DNA of 64,000 bases. It comes from Yuukianura sp. NJ FZ-2021. Its lineage: Eukaryota. The stretch is taken from the NCBI GenBank assembly GCA_046563655.1, contig CM102287.1, forward strand, positions 4,154,001 through 4,218,000, read 5' to 3'. The position numbers and the translations under genes are program-made. The notes beneath the pieces were generated by a model, which saw only the letters and a program-made list of their open reading frames with translations, was not told where the DNA came from and did not search any database. Positions 1 to 11,006 of this stretch are shown here, one piece after another; positions within the stretch are counted from its first letter, which is position 1; each line of letters begins with the position of its first letter.

Positions 1-1382
1 ATCACATTTTGCTTTCTGTTTTTCACATACGCTAAAGGTAAAGTAAACGGATATACAAATCAAACTCAGTTAAAAAATTTTGAAATTTTGTTTAAAAAAA
101 ATCAACTCGGTTCAAAAAAAAAACTTTCCTTATTTAATTAACGGACTGGATTTATCAGGTTTTATTGAAGTAGCGAAAGCTACTTTATGTTTATGAGTTG
201 GAGTGGAGTTGTCTGTCTGCCCGTCTGTGTGATTGACATTTCGACATTTGATGTGCTTATTTTTTCTCAAATAACTTTGGATTTTGTTTTCAGGAATAAC
301 GGCGAAGGACACGACGAGAGAAACGGCAGAAACGTGGAGGAAGTGGACCGTTATCGGCAGGGGTATAACGGCATGGCGTAACAAACTAAATTCAGAAGTC
401 GGAGCACTGCAAATTTTTATGGGAGAAGATTTCAGTCCTCGCTGCTTTTATTACTTTGGAACAGGCATAGCTGAAGATTTATATGATGCTATGGACTTTT
501 CAATCCGTGAAGGAAAAGAAATGATCCAGAAAGTTAAGGAGGAATCCATCAATAGAACGCTGACGATTGGGAACTTTGCAAAGTACAAATACGACATCGA
601 CACCAACCGTCACGAAAGGCAACTATGGATTGGTGCTTGGTTGCTGGCTTGCGCCGACACAGAGTTCCGGAACAAACTGTTCTTCCACTACTATAGCATC
701 ATTGTGCCAGATCCAGAGTCAACGCAGACACTGCTATACCACATCTACGCACTCGAATATCCGAACTACCTAATTGGTACCGTAAAATTCCTGATTTTGA
801 ACTCCGAATTTACAGATTTCTGCATAAAGTTGCATTTTTTTTAAATTATTATAATGTGTAATTTTAGTTTCAGAAGGAACGGTTGAGGACCCGAAGAGAA
901 ACGAAACGGAAGAAAGGTGGGAAGCTATGGAGCGTGCTGTTGCGGCATTGCGTCTCAAGTTCGAAGAAGAAGTCCGAACGTTTCAAAGTTTTCTTGGCTC
1001 CAGCAATCACTCCTGGCATGAACAACTCAAATTTGACCGTTTCCAACCTACCGTGCAACATCGAATTCGTGGTGTACATAATGAGATCAAGAAACTTGAG
1101 GAGGAAGTGGCCAATAGGACGCTAACAGTAATGAAGTTTGTAGAGTTCAAATACGAGTACGAGCGTATACGTAAAGTCGTGCAATCGGCCTACAATTATT
1201 ATTGGCTAGTGAATTTAGCAGACGCAGAACTTCGGGACAAATTGTTCTTCCGCTACTACAGTATCCTTGTTTCAGATCCACAGTCGACACAGACGCTACT
1301 CTACGACCTCTACGCGCTCCACTATCCAAACTACTTGGAATCTCCTCCAGCACTTCCTATAAAGATATCCCATAAAAAATAA
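1..1382 (+). CDS. Orphan secreted two-domain protein, tandem copy 1 (5' truncated by window); exons <1-37, 294-776, 874-1382
   Basis: GT-AG phase-1 introns keep frame. Exon 1 tail ITFCFLFFTYAK matches the signal exons of copies 2 and 3. Exons 2 and 3 are homologous (NRTLT..F..YKY...DAE.RDKLFF.YYS..V.DP.ST.TLLY.LYAL.YPNYL). Confidence 0.85.
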
Positions 1383-1958
1383 TTACATACAATACAATAA
1401 AAATAAATATAAATAACAAGTTTTAAAAATCTTGTTGTAACTGTTTGCGAATTCGAAATGTGCAATTTGCAAAACAATTAAAAATCTTATTAATCTTTGC
1501 CTCATTTAGGTTCAGTAAACTTTTTAAAAGTTTTGAAGAATTCTTGAAGAAAACTTTTTTAATAGTAAAATCTGACAAAGGAGGTTTTTAAAAACAGTCT
1601 AAAAAAAATATTGGAAAAACGAAAAACAAAAATGAATTGTCGAGGAACTTAAAGGAAAACGCGATTGAAGGGATTTTAAAATTCTTTGACCTTCGGGTTG
1701 GCTTTTTTTCAAACAAAGAAATTCCCAATTTCAGTGCGAAGAGGGATTACCTATGTCAGGCTGCAGTTAAGTGGACTTAAAAATTTGTAGGCAAAAAAAA
1801 ATGTTTTTTTTGAAAGTCTTAGTTTTTCGACTTTTATTTTGGATTTTTTAAAAAAGTTCAACAAAACCGGAGGGAAATTCGTTCCAAAAAGCATTTCCGT
1901 TTTGTTCTCTAGTAGAAACCGTGGAGAAGTTTTCATAAAAATATAATCACATCGAAAC

Positions 1959-3658
1959 ATGTATAAACTCAACACTTTCATCATATTTTGTTTTCTTTTC
2001 ATTTACGCTAAAGGTACAGTTAAAGGGATATAAGAAATCAAATTCACTTCAAAAATTTAAAAATTTTGTTGAAAAAAACACTACCTTCAATTCAACAAAC
2101 CAACTTTCCTTGCAATTATAAAAATGACGGATTGGATTTAAGTTTTATTTAAGTGGCGAAAGCTACTTTATGTATTGAATTGTCTGTCCGTCTGTCTGTC
2201 TGATTAACATTCGGTCTGCTTCACAAACCTTTTTTTTTCCAAATTATAATTTTGAGTTTTGCTTTCAGGAATAACGGCTGAGGACGTTACGAGGCATAAA
2301 ACGACAAGCAGAGGTCAAAAGTTGAATTCTATCGGGCGTGGCATAACGGCATGGGGCGTCAAACTGAGAGAAGAACGCAGAACGCTTCAATTTTTTCTTG
2401 GAGAGGAATTCAGTGCTCGTTGCCTTGGTACAATCTTAAGTGAAATTTTACAGCAATACATGGACAATGCAACTCGTAAGACAGAGGAAGTCCTCGTGGA
2501 AGTTAAAGAGGAATTCGTCAATAGAACTCTGACGATTTGGAACTTTGCATTGTACAAATACGACATTGACAAAAACCGTGACAATTTGCAAACGCATATT
2601 GACCTTTGGTTGCAGCTTTGCCCCGACGCAGAATTCCGGGACAAGTTGTACTTCCACTACTACGGTATCATTGTTCCAAATGCAGAGTCGACGCGGACAC
2701 TGCTGTACAACCTTTATGCACTCGAATATCCAAACTACTTAATTGGTACCATAAAATTCCTCATTTGAACTACCAATTTAATTTTACACCAAGGTTCCTT
2801 GACAATCAAATTGTATTTCCTACAACAGGTGGTCCAATAACTCGGGGTTTTCAAAAATCTTGAATCAATCAATTTTCCCCCCAATTTTGTTTGTACTTTC
2901 CCCCACAATTTTTTTTCAAACTAAATCGCATGGGAAGAAGAAAAAAATTGGACAAATGTCAAAAATTGCCACAGAAATGGAAGTGAAGTTTAACCGGGTT
3001 TTATTTTTGAAAATTATGGCAAAATATTGAAAAATCAGTTATTGGAGCACCTGGTGTAGAAAACGTGTTTTCTTTGTTTACGAACCTTGTATTATACATA
3101 GAGCTGGAATTCTTTTTAATAAGACTATTATAATTTTCAATTTTATTTTCAGAACAAACGGTTGAGGACGGCAGGAGGAACGAAACGGAACGAAGGTGGG
3201 AAGCTATCGACCGTGCTGTGGTGACATTACGTCTTAATCTCGAAGAAGAACTCAAAACATTGCAAAGTTTTCCTGGAAGGATCTTAAGCTATCGCTCCTT
3301 CCTTAAGCCCATTGATATTCGCAAATTCCTGGCTACCGCTGACCTTCGAGTTCGTTCTGTATACGATGCGCTCCAGACAATTGAGCATGAAGTGGCCAGC
3401 AGGACGCTGACAGTTGGAAAGTTTGCAAAGTACAAATACGACTACGAGCGATACCACAAAGTCTTGCAAACGGAATACTGCTACTATTGGCTTGACCATT
3501 TAGTAGATGCAGAACTTCGGGACAAGTTGTTCTTCCAGTACTACAGTACCATTGTTCCACATCCACAGTCGACGCAGACACTGCTTTACGACCTGTACGC
3601 ACTCCACTATCCAAACTACATGGAATCTCCTCCAGCACTGCCTAACGATATTCCATAA
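1959..3658 (+). CDS. Orphan secreted two-domain protein, tandem copy 2; exons 1959-2013, 2269-2745, 3153-3658
   Basis: Exon 1 MYKLNTFIIFCFLFIYAK is signal-peptide-like. Spliced frame is open to the stop at 3658. Homologous to copies 1 and 3. Confidence 0.85.
2790..3089. mobile_element. hAT-like MITE in intron 2 of copy 2
   Basis: Termini CAAGGTTC...GAACCTTG with a degenerate 8-bp TSD (ttttacac/tattatac). Absent from intron 2 of copies 1 and 3. Same family at 20899 and 51475. Confidence 0.75.
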
Positions 3659-4333
3659 AAAATTATTATTATGCAATAAAAATATTTAATATAAATATAA
3701 ATAACAAGGTTTGGAAATATTTTTTGTCATTTTTTATTTTTTGCAAGTTCGAAATGTGCAACTTACAAAAAGAAAATCATATTGACCTTTGGCTCGTTTG
3801 GGTTCAGCAAACTTTAAAACGTTTTTAACATTTCTTGGAAAAAAAAAAGCTTTTTTTTAATCACAAAGTCTCACAAAGGCGGTCCTCAAAAACAGTGTTA
3901 ACAAAATATTTTAACAAAACAAGAATAACTTTTCGTAGAACTTAAAGGAGTAGTTTTGGAATTCTTTCAAGTTATCGGCTTAGTTTTTTCTTTAAATTCG
4001 GACTTTCAGTGAGAAGAAGGATTAGGTGAAGTAAAGTTGACTTAAAATTGTGTAAATTTAGAACAAGATTTGTTTGAAACCCTTTGCTTCTTGCCTTTTT
4101 TGGATTAACTTTTTAAAAAAATGCAAAGGAATTATTTCAAGTCTATTTCAATATTTGAAGAGTTTGACCTTTTGTGACCCATGAATAAAATAATTCGAAC
4201 CCTGAAAATTTGGGGTTGAAAAAGTGCTATAAAACCGGAGAGAAATTGGTTCCAAAAATCATTTCCATTTTGCTTTCTCCAGCAAACTGTCGACAAGTTT
4301 TCAAAAAAAAAAGACAATCCATTAGCTTGAACC

Positions 4334-5763
4334 ATGTATAAACTCAACATTTTGTTCACATTTTGTTGTCTTTGTTTCACAATCGCTAAAGGTAAAGTAA
4401 ACGGATATGCAAAATAAAATTAGATTAATTAAATTCAAAAAAAAAAAAAAAAACTAACTACCTAGCTTAAAAAAACTGGCAAACTTTTCTTGGATTTAAC
4501 TAGCAGAGAATTGGATTTAAGACTTAGGTTTTATTTAAGTAGCGAAAGGTATTTTATAAATTATTGTTTTCTGTCAGTCTGTCCGTCTGATGAATATTTG
4601 GTTTGCTTCACGAGCAATTTTTAATTTTTTTTGATAAGTTATAATTTTTAATTTGAATTAATTTTGAATTGCTTTCAGGGATAACGGCCAAGGATGCTAC
4701 GAAGCATGAAACGGCAAGCGTACGTCAAAAGTGGGCCACTATCGGGCGTGGTATAACGGCATGGCTTAACAAACTGAACGAAGAACGCAGAACGCTTCAA
4801 TTTTTTCTTGGAGAGGACTTCCGTGCTACTTGCTCGCCTAACCTTGGTATAACCTTAAGTAAATTTTTAGAGCACTACATGGACAATTCAACTCGTGAGG
4901 GCGAAGAAGTGCTCGCGAAAGTTAGGGAGGAATTCGTCAATAGAACGCTGACGATTTGGGACTTTGCATTGTACAAATTCGCACTCGACACCAACCGTGA
5001 GATTTTGCACAGGCGTATTGCTTTTTGGTTGGAGCTTTGCGATGACGCAGAATTCCGGGACAAAGTGTTCCTCCACTTCTACAGTATCCTTGTTCCAGAT
5101 CCAGAGTCGACACGGACACTGCTATACAACCTCTACGCACTCCAATATCCAAACTACTTAATTGGTACCGTAAATTTTCTGATTTGGACTAGCAATTTAC
5201 AGATTCTAAATAGGAGTTTATTATAAGTTCGAATTTTATTTTCAGAACGAACGGTGAAGGACCCTAAGAATAAGATGAACGAAAACGAAACGGAACAAAA
5301 GTGGGAAGTTATCGACCGTGAAGTTGCGGCATTACGTCTTAAGCTCGAAGAGGAAATCAGGACGCTTCATAGTTTTCCTGGAGAGGTCTTCAGCGATCGC
5401 TCCTTGCTTAAGGCAATCGAAATTTCCAAATTCCTGAGTATCGCGGATCTTCGAATTCGTTCGGTATACGATGCGCTCGAGGCAATTGAGGACGCAGTGG
5501 CCAATAGGACACTGACAGTAGGGAAGTTTGCAAAGTACAAATACGACTATGATGGATACCACAGAATTTTGCAAACGCAATACCGTTATTATTGGCTTGC
5601 TAATTTAGTAGACGCAGAACTTCGGGACAGGTTGTTCTTCCAGTACTACAGTTTCATGGTTCAAGATCCACAGTCGACACAGACGCTGCTCTACGACCTC
5701 TACGAGCTTCACTATCCAAACTACTTGAAATGTCCTCCATCACGGATTAACGAAATTCCATAA
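4334..5763 (+). CDS. Orphan secreted two-domain protein, tandem copy 3; exons 4334-4391, 4679-5164, 5246-5763
   Basis: Exon 1 MYKLNILFTFCCLCFTIAK, same intron positions and phases as copies 1 and 2, open frame. Confidence 0.85.
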
Positions 5764-6285
5764 TTAAGATAAATAATTAATATATGAAAAACTTGTGCAT
5801 AACACAATAATAATAAATATAAAGTTTGGCAAATACTTTTGCGATTTAGTTTTAGCTCAATGGATATAAGGCATTTGCGAAAAATTGAACAAAAAATTAT
5901 TTCGGCATAGGCTGATTTTGATATTACTTTTTAATCGATAACTTTACGGTTACGATTTTTCTAATTCTACATTTCTAATTAATCATGAAATTAACGGAAT
6001 TTTGAGCAGAAATCGTTTATAACCGATGCGGATTCTTTTTGCTTCAGTAGAAAGCATGGAGCGGCATTTTTATCGCATGTTTACAATTGGCCAAATTCAC
6101 AGCTGATTTCTTTGACAGCACAAAAGTCCCTGGAACTGGAAGAAGGGAGGCAGGGGGAGTAATCTTTATAACATCGTTTTTAATTTGTGAATCTATGTCT
6201 TTAGATTAATTAAACGACTAATTGTTATGATTAAATTGTAGATTTACAGCCCGTACATGTCGAACTAGTCCGCTTTTTAATTGTA

Positions 6286-6783
6286 ATGGTAATTGTTAAC
6301 AAAAGTGGTAGAGACCGGTTGTTTCGTAAGGTTCGTCAAGTGGTAACCCCTACTACTCTGCCAATTGGAAGATTACCTTATTACTACAGAGTGTCATCAC
6401 CAATTTCCTGGACACAGTACTGGAAACAAAGGTCCAGATTTTGTATCCTAACGATCGCCATCTTGCTCATCATCATCCTCTTCCTGACTAAAATCTTCTT
6501 TCAACGAGTTAGGCAGGTTCGGTTTGAGGAATATGCAAATGAGGTATGTTGACCTAGTTGACCTCAATCACGTCTTATACTTTTACACGCCTTTTGTATA
6601 CTTATACATTGTTTGTCTCCTCAGGAAGTAAGGAAGTGATTGAGCAATTAATTGGTTTTTGCGTATTGTGCATTTTAGGTAACGATTTTGGAGGAAAAAC
6701 TTCAGAGTCTCAGATCGAATATCCAGAAATCACAACTCCTGCTTCGGAAGTTCAAGGACGAGAGGGGGTTCCATGCCGGTTGA
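6286..6783 (+). CDS. Small (~120 aa) single-pass membrane protein with C-terminal coiled-coil-like segment; exons 6286-6543, 6679-6783
   Basis: Hydrophobic segment FCILTIAILLIIILFLTKIFF. Donor gag|gtatgt and acceptor ttttag| are in phase 0, giving ...YANE|VTILEEKLQSLRSNIQKSQLLLRKFKDERGFHAG*. Confidence 0.55.
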
Positions 6784-6925
6784 ACTTCCGAAGGTAAGTG
6801 GGGTTGTTAATCGCTTGCACTTTTAGTTCTAGTTTTGAAAGAAGTGTCGGTTTTATTAAGTTCGGTAATCATTTTTTGTTTGCCAGAGTTCCACCAAGCG
6901 AGATTACCAAAACGTCGACAGCAAG

Positions 6926-7484
6926 ATGGAGGTGGAGGACAGCGTTTTTGAGACTGAGGCATACAAATTGTTAATCTCGGATATCGTTGAAGCGGAACGA
7001 GACGGTCAAGATTTCCTGGTGACATTGTCACTGGCAGCATTAAAAGACAGTAGCAATTCAATTGCTGGAAAACGCTCAAGGGGAAAGAAAGTTGTGCTCA
7101 AGGTCAAACTGGTTTGGATCCAAGGGACTGTCAAAGAAATCAAGGGGCAGGGACATGACAAAACTTTGGTAATCAGTGACCGACATGACGATGCAGAGAT
7201 TATTTGTTTCGACACGGTTCCAGGCGGTGATCATCCAGAGATCCGGATCGGTTAGTGATTCAATTTCGTTTCAAACTTTTTGAAATTAGGTTTACAGCGT
7301 TTTTTTTTCAATTTCAGGAGCCTATGTCGGAATAGTTGGACAAATCGATGAGATTGACCCTGTAGTTAGAATTAAACCGTCCAAGGTCATGTGCTTGACA
7401 GGTCAACCGCTTCTAGAATCTATTTGGGACGAAGAAGTTAAGGACCTGAAAGCTTTTCTCCTCGGCCTGATCAAACCAGTGTAA
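6926..7484 (+). CDS. RMI2: RecQ-mediated genome instability protein 2-like (OB fold); exons 6926-7250, 7318-7484
   Basis: Motifs KLLISDI, VWIQGTV, G.YV.IVG, K..K...L...P.LE.IW.EEV.DL resemble RMI2. A phase-1 intron joins the exons in frame. Confidence 0.75.
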
Positions 7485-7927
7485 AAAAATTACTTTCTGT
7501 TTTCTTACTTTTCTTTCTTATTTTTGATGACTTTCTTTTATTAAAATCGGTTAGCTGCTTAATAATTTGAAATAATGGTTTGTTAATTGATTCATTCGTT
7601 TCCTTCCTATTGTTGTCCCAGTAGGTGTGAAATTTTAAGTGGATGTCCCGACAGATGAGAAGAGGAAGGCGCGTTTGCACACTTTGAAGCACTTTAAAGT
7701 CTTCTCTTGTTTTGATGTTTTTTGCTCGGACTTTCCCGTTTGTGTCGGTTCAAGTTTTCAAATTGATCTAAATGCTTTCCTAATTATTAATTAGCAAAAT
7801 GGCAGGCCGGAAAACCGAATTTCTTAATTAATTGAATCAGATTCGCTTTTGGAAGCAATACTTGAAGTTGGCGTTGTTGGCTGGTAAGGAGACCAAAATC
7901 CTACACAACTTTGACTTTGGCAACACG

Positions 7928-8741
7928 ATGATGACAGTAAAGCGTAATGTCCTTGGTATTCTCCTCTACTTGACCTTGACGGTCGCTAACGCTGACGATT
8001 TCGAAGAAACGAATTACGGTGTAAAATACGCCAGTAATTGTGAAGGTATGAAAATTATGTACTAATAAATATTTTTAAATGTTTTGTGATTCGTTGTAAT
8101 TTGGCTTTTTTTTTATACAGTCTGCAAAATACTGGCGTCGGAGCTGGAAGCTAAACTGGAAGCAACTGCCAAGTTGGGTGGACTCATCGAAACTAGTTAC
8201 CACATTGACAAGCGACTCCAGGAGAAGAAAGAATACAAGACAAGTTTGCTGAGACTTCTGGAGTCAATGGAATCTGCTTGCGATGGAGTCCTTCTGTACA
8301 ATATCCATAAAGAACGAAAGGACAGCACGAGATTTGCCAAAGGTCAGAGTGAAACATTCTCGACGCTTCACGGTCTTGTGTAAGTCAACCAAAACAACCA
8401 AACTGATTTTACATTTACGTTTTACGTTTAATTGTCACTTTTACAGGGCAAAGGGCGTAAAAGTTGATATTGGAATTCCATATGAAATGTGGGACAAACC
8501 ATCGGCGGAGGTCACTCAACTCAAGTCCCAATGTGAAGAGATGCTGGAACGATATGAATCTGACATCGAAGATTGGTATGAGCAGCGCCAAGGAGAGATT
8601 TCTCTTCAGGATTACCTTTGCAAATCAATTGTTCTTAAAAATCAAGATGCTTCGTGCTTAACTGAAAAAATTAAAAAGGAACCCGAACACGAAGCAGAAT
8701 CCAAGCCCAAAACGAAATCAAAGAAGAAACAAGAACTGTAA
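7928..8741 (+). CDS. Canopy (CNPY3/CNPY4-like) saposin-fold ER protein; exons 7928-8045, 8121-8379, 8447-8741
   Basis: Signal peptide, YGVKYASNCEVCK, YNIHKERKDSTRFAKGQSETF.TLHGLV.KGVKVD.GIPYE.WD.PSAEVT.LK.QCE, and C-terminal KDEL-like KQEL. Confidence 0.92.
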
Positions 8742-10063
8742 TCAATACTTCATCAGTCTTCTTCCTATGCTTCCTGCAAAAATAACTCGTCTTCCCTAGA
8801 CAGTATCAACAAGTCAGTCAAACTGATACTTCCAGCTTCAACGTATCCCTGCTGAAACCCCAGCATCGATTGATCAAGTTGATTTTAAGTATTCAATTAA
8901 TTCTAGGTCTCTTCTCTCTTGTCATTTTTTAATTTTTGTAGAAACTAAAGTCTTTGTTTTGACTTTCAATGACTTCGGCTAAACGTATGGGCTTTGCTGA
9001 TGTAAAATCCGCCTCAATCAAATAAAAATTTATTGATTAAATGACACTGATAATTGGTTGGATTAATCGACTTGATAAAACTAGGTACGCACAGGCAGCA
9101 TTTTCTGATCATGGTGACATATGGAGGTCAGTGTAACTTTTACTGAGACCAAGGGTTAAATGTTACGCTTGTCAGCCAATCATGAAAAGCAACGATAGGA
9201 GTTCAAGTACATTGCAAAATTGCAATAAATGTTAAAATTTATTGCAACCATATGACAAAATACAAAACTATTTTAATTATTCCAACATTTAGAATTTAGT
9301 ATAATTAAAAACAAATCGTTTTTCTCACTAACCAGGGGAGCAGTTAGCCAATGAAGTACTTTTCAACATAACTTTTACTGCAATCGCGAAAATCATTCCT
9401 CAACTTATTCCCATGACATAAAAGTTATTCTAAATTATTCAATTCAAAATTATTCTTATTAGACTCCGACTCCACACGACAATAAAATTCTAACTTTCAA
9501 CGAAATTTTCCTAAGGATTATTTTTTTAATTTGGTAAAGTGTTTTGATTCGTAATGACGGACTTCACAGTTCACAAATAACTTTGCTTGGGCTTTGGCTT
9601 TTGTTATTTGCGTAGAATACTAATTTGTTGCGACATCTTTTTTTAAAAATGGCAATTCGAACGTTAGTTTTGCCACTTGTTGCAAAACTATAAAACCGGA
9701 TACCGAATTCCCCTCTCCCATCAAAGTCTCTTTGGAATCGAGTGAGTCGCTCCAGAACCAGATCCAGAATCTTTCCAGAACTTTACATAACTGCTGATTT
9801 GGAGGAGAATTTATGTGGGTCTTCGTTTTGCAGTGATGATGTCAGCCATACCATACCTAACTAAATCTCGATACAATTGATTATCAAGGAATCAACTACA
9901 TAGTAAGTAGACAAAGAAAGAGGTGAACAAGTCCAACAAAATATTTAATAGTACTTTTATGAAACTGCGGACCTGCGTTGTGGTGATGAGGTCACTTCAG
10001 TATGTACTATATCACCTGACTGAATTCTGTTTCGGTAATCTGTAGATCAGCTGTACCGGTTGA

Positions 10064-10754
10064 GGTTAGATTATCGTTGTTGGGGTAGTTCAAATTTTTT
10101 CTAAGTTTTTTCGTCAAAATTTTCGAAATTTTTTTTTCGTTTTTTTCACTTTTTATCACTTTTCAAACGTTTTTGGAACGTTTGGAGCAAAAAAAATTTT
10201 TTGACCCCAAGGGTCCCCCCTTCTCATTTTTTTGAAAATCTGGACTCGAAAATTTTCTAAGTCCGCAAACTGAATTGGGCACCCCTGACAACCTCAAAAA
10301 TGACCCCTGTGAAACTTGTTCAGAATCATGAGGGAAGTATTTTTTGTCCTATGGACTGTCACCGTACGACCACTCATTGAGGTCAAAGGTCAACGGAAAG
10401 AAAAATTGGGGAAATGTTTGTGCTGACCTCTTACCTCAATGAGTGGTCGTAGGGTCATAGTCCATAGGACAAAAAATACTTCCCTCATGATTCTGAACAA
10501 GTTTCACAGGGGTCATTTTTGAGGTTGTCAGGGGTGCCCAATTCAGTTTGCGGACTTAGAAAATTTTCGAGTCCAGATTTTCAAAAAAATGAGAAGGGGG
10601 GACCCTTGGGGTCAAACAATTTTTTTTGCTCCAAACGTTCCAAAAACGTTTGAATAGTGATAAAAAGTGAAAAAAACGAAAAAAAAAAATTTCGAAAATT
10701 TTGACCAAAAAACTTAGAAAAAATTTGAACTACCCCAACAACGATAATCTAACC
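10064..10754. mobile_element. Foldback MITE, ~315-bp arms, GG...CC termini, 8-bp TSD CCGGTTGA (Merlin-like signature)
   Basis: Near-perfect inverted arms. TSD at 10056-10063 and 10755-10762. The paralogous empty site at ~35709-35716 has a single copy. Confidence 0.85.
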
Positions 10755-11006
10755 CCGGTTGATAATCATGTTCAAATGGTAATTTTTAATTTGTCGTTTT
10801 CAGCACGGTCGTCTGTCGTGCGGGCCCGGAGTTGCGGTACTCGGGGTCGGGGGTACTCGAACTCGAGGTGCTGGATACAATTTACGTTGACATATCTCGG
10901 TCTCTCTGTTCTACTTCATATTCCGATCCATATTTTAATGAGAAATTGAAGGAATTGTACTCGACGAGACACATTTACTCACCTCTTTTTACGAACAATA
11001 ACCACG

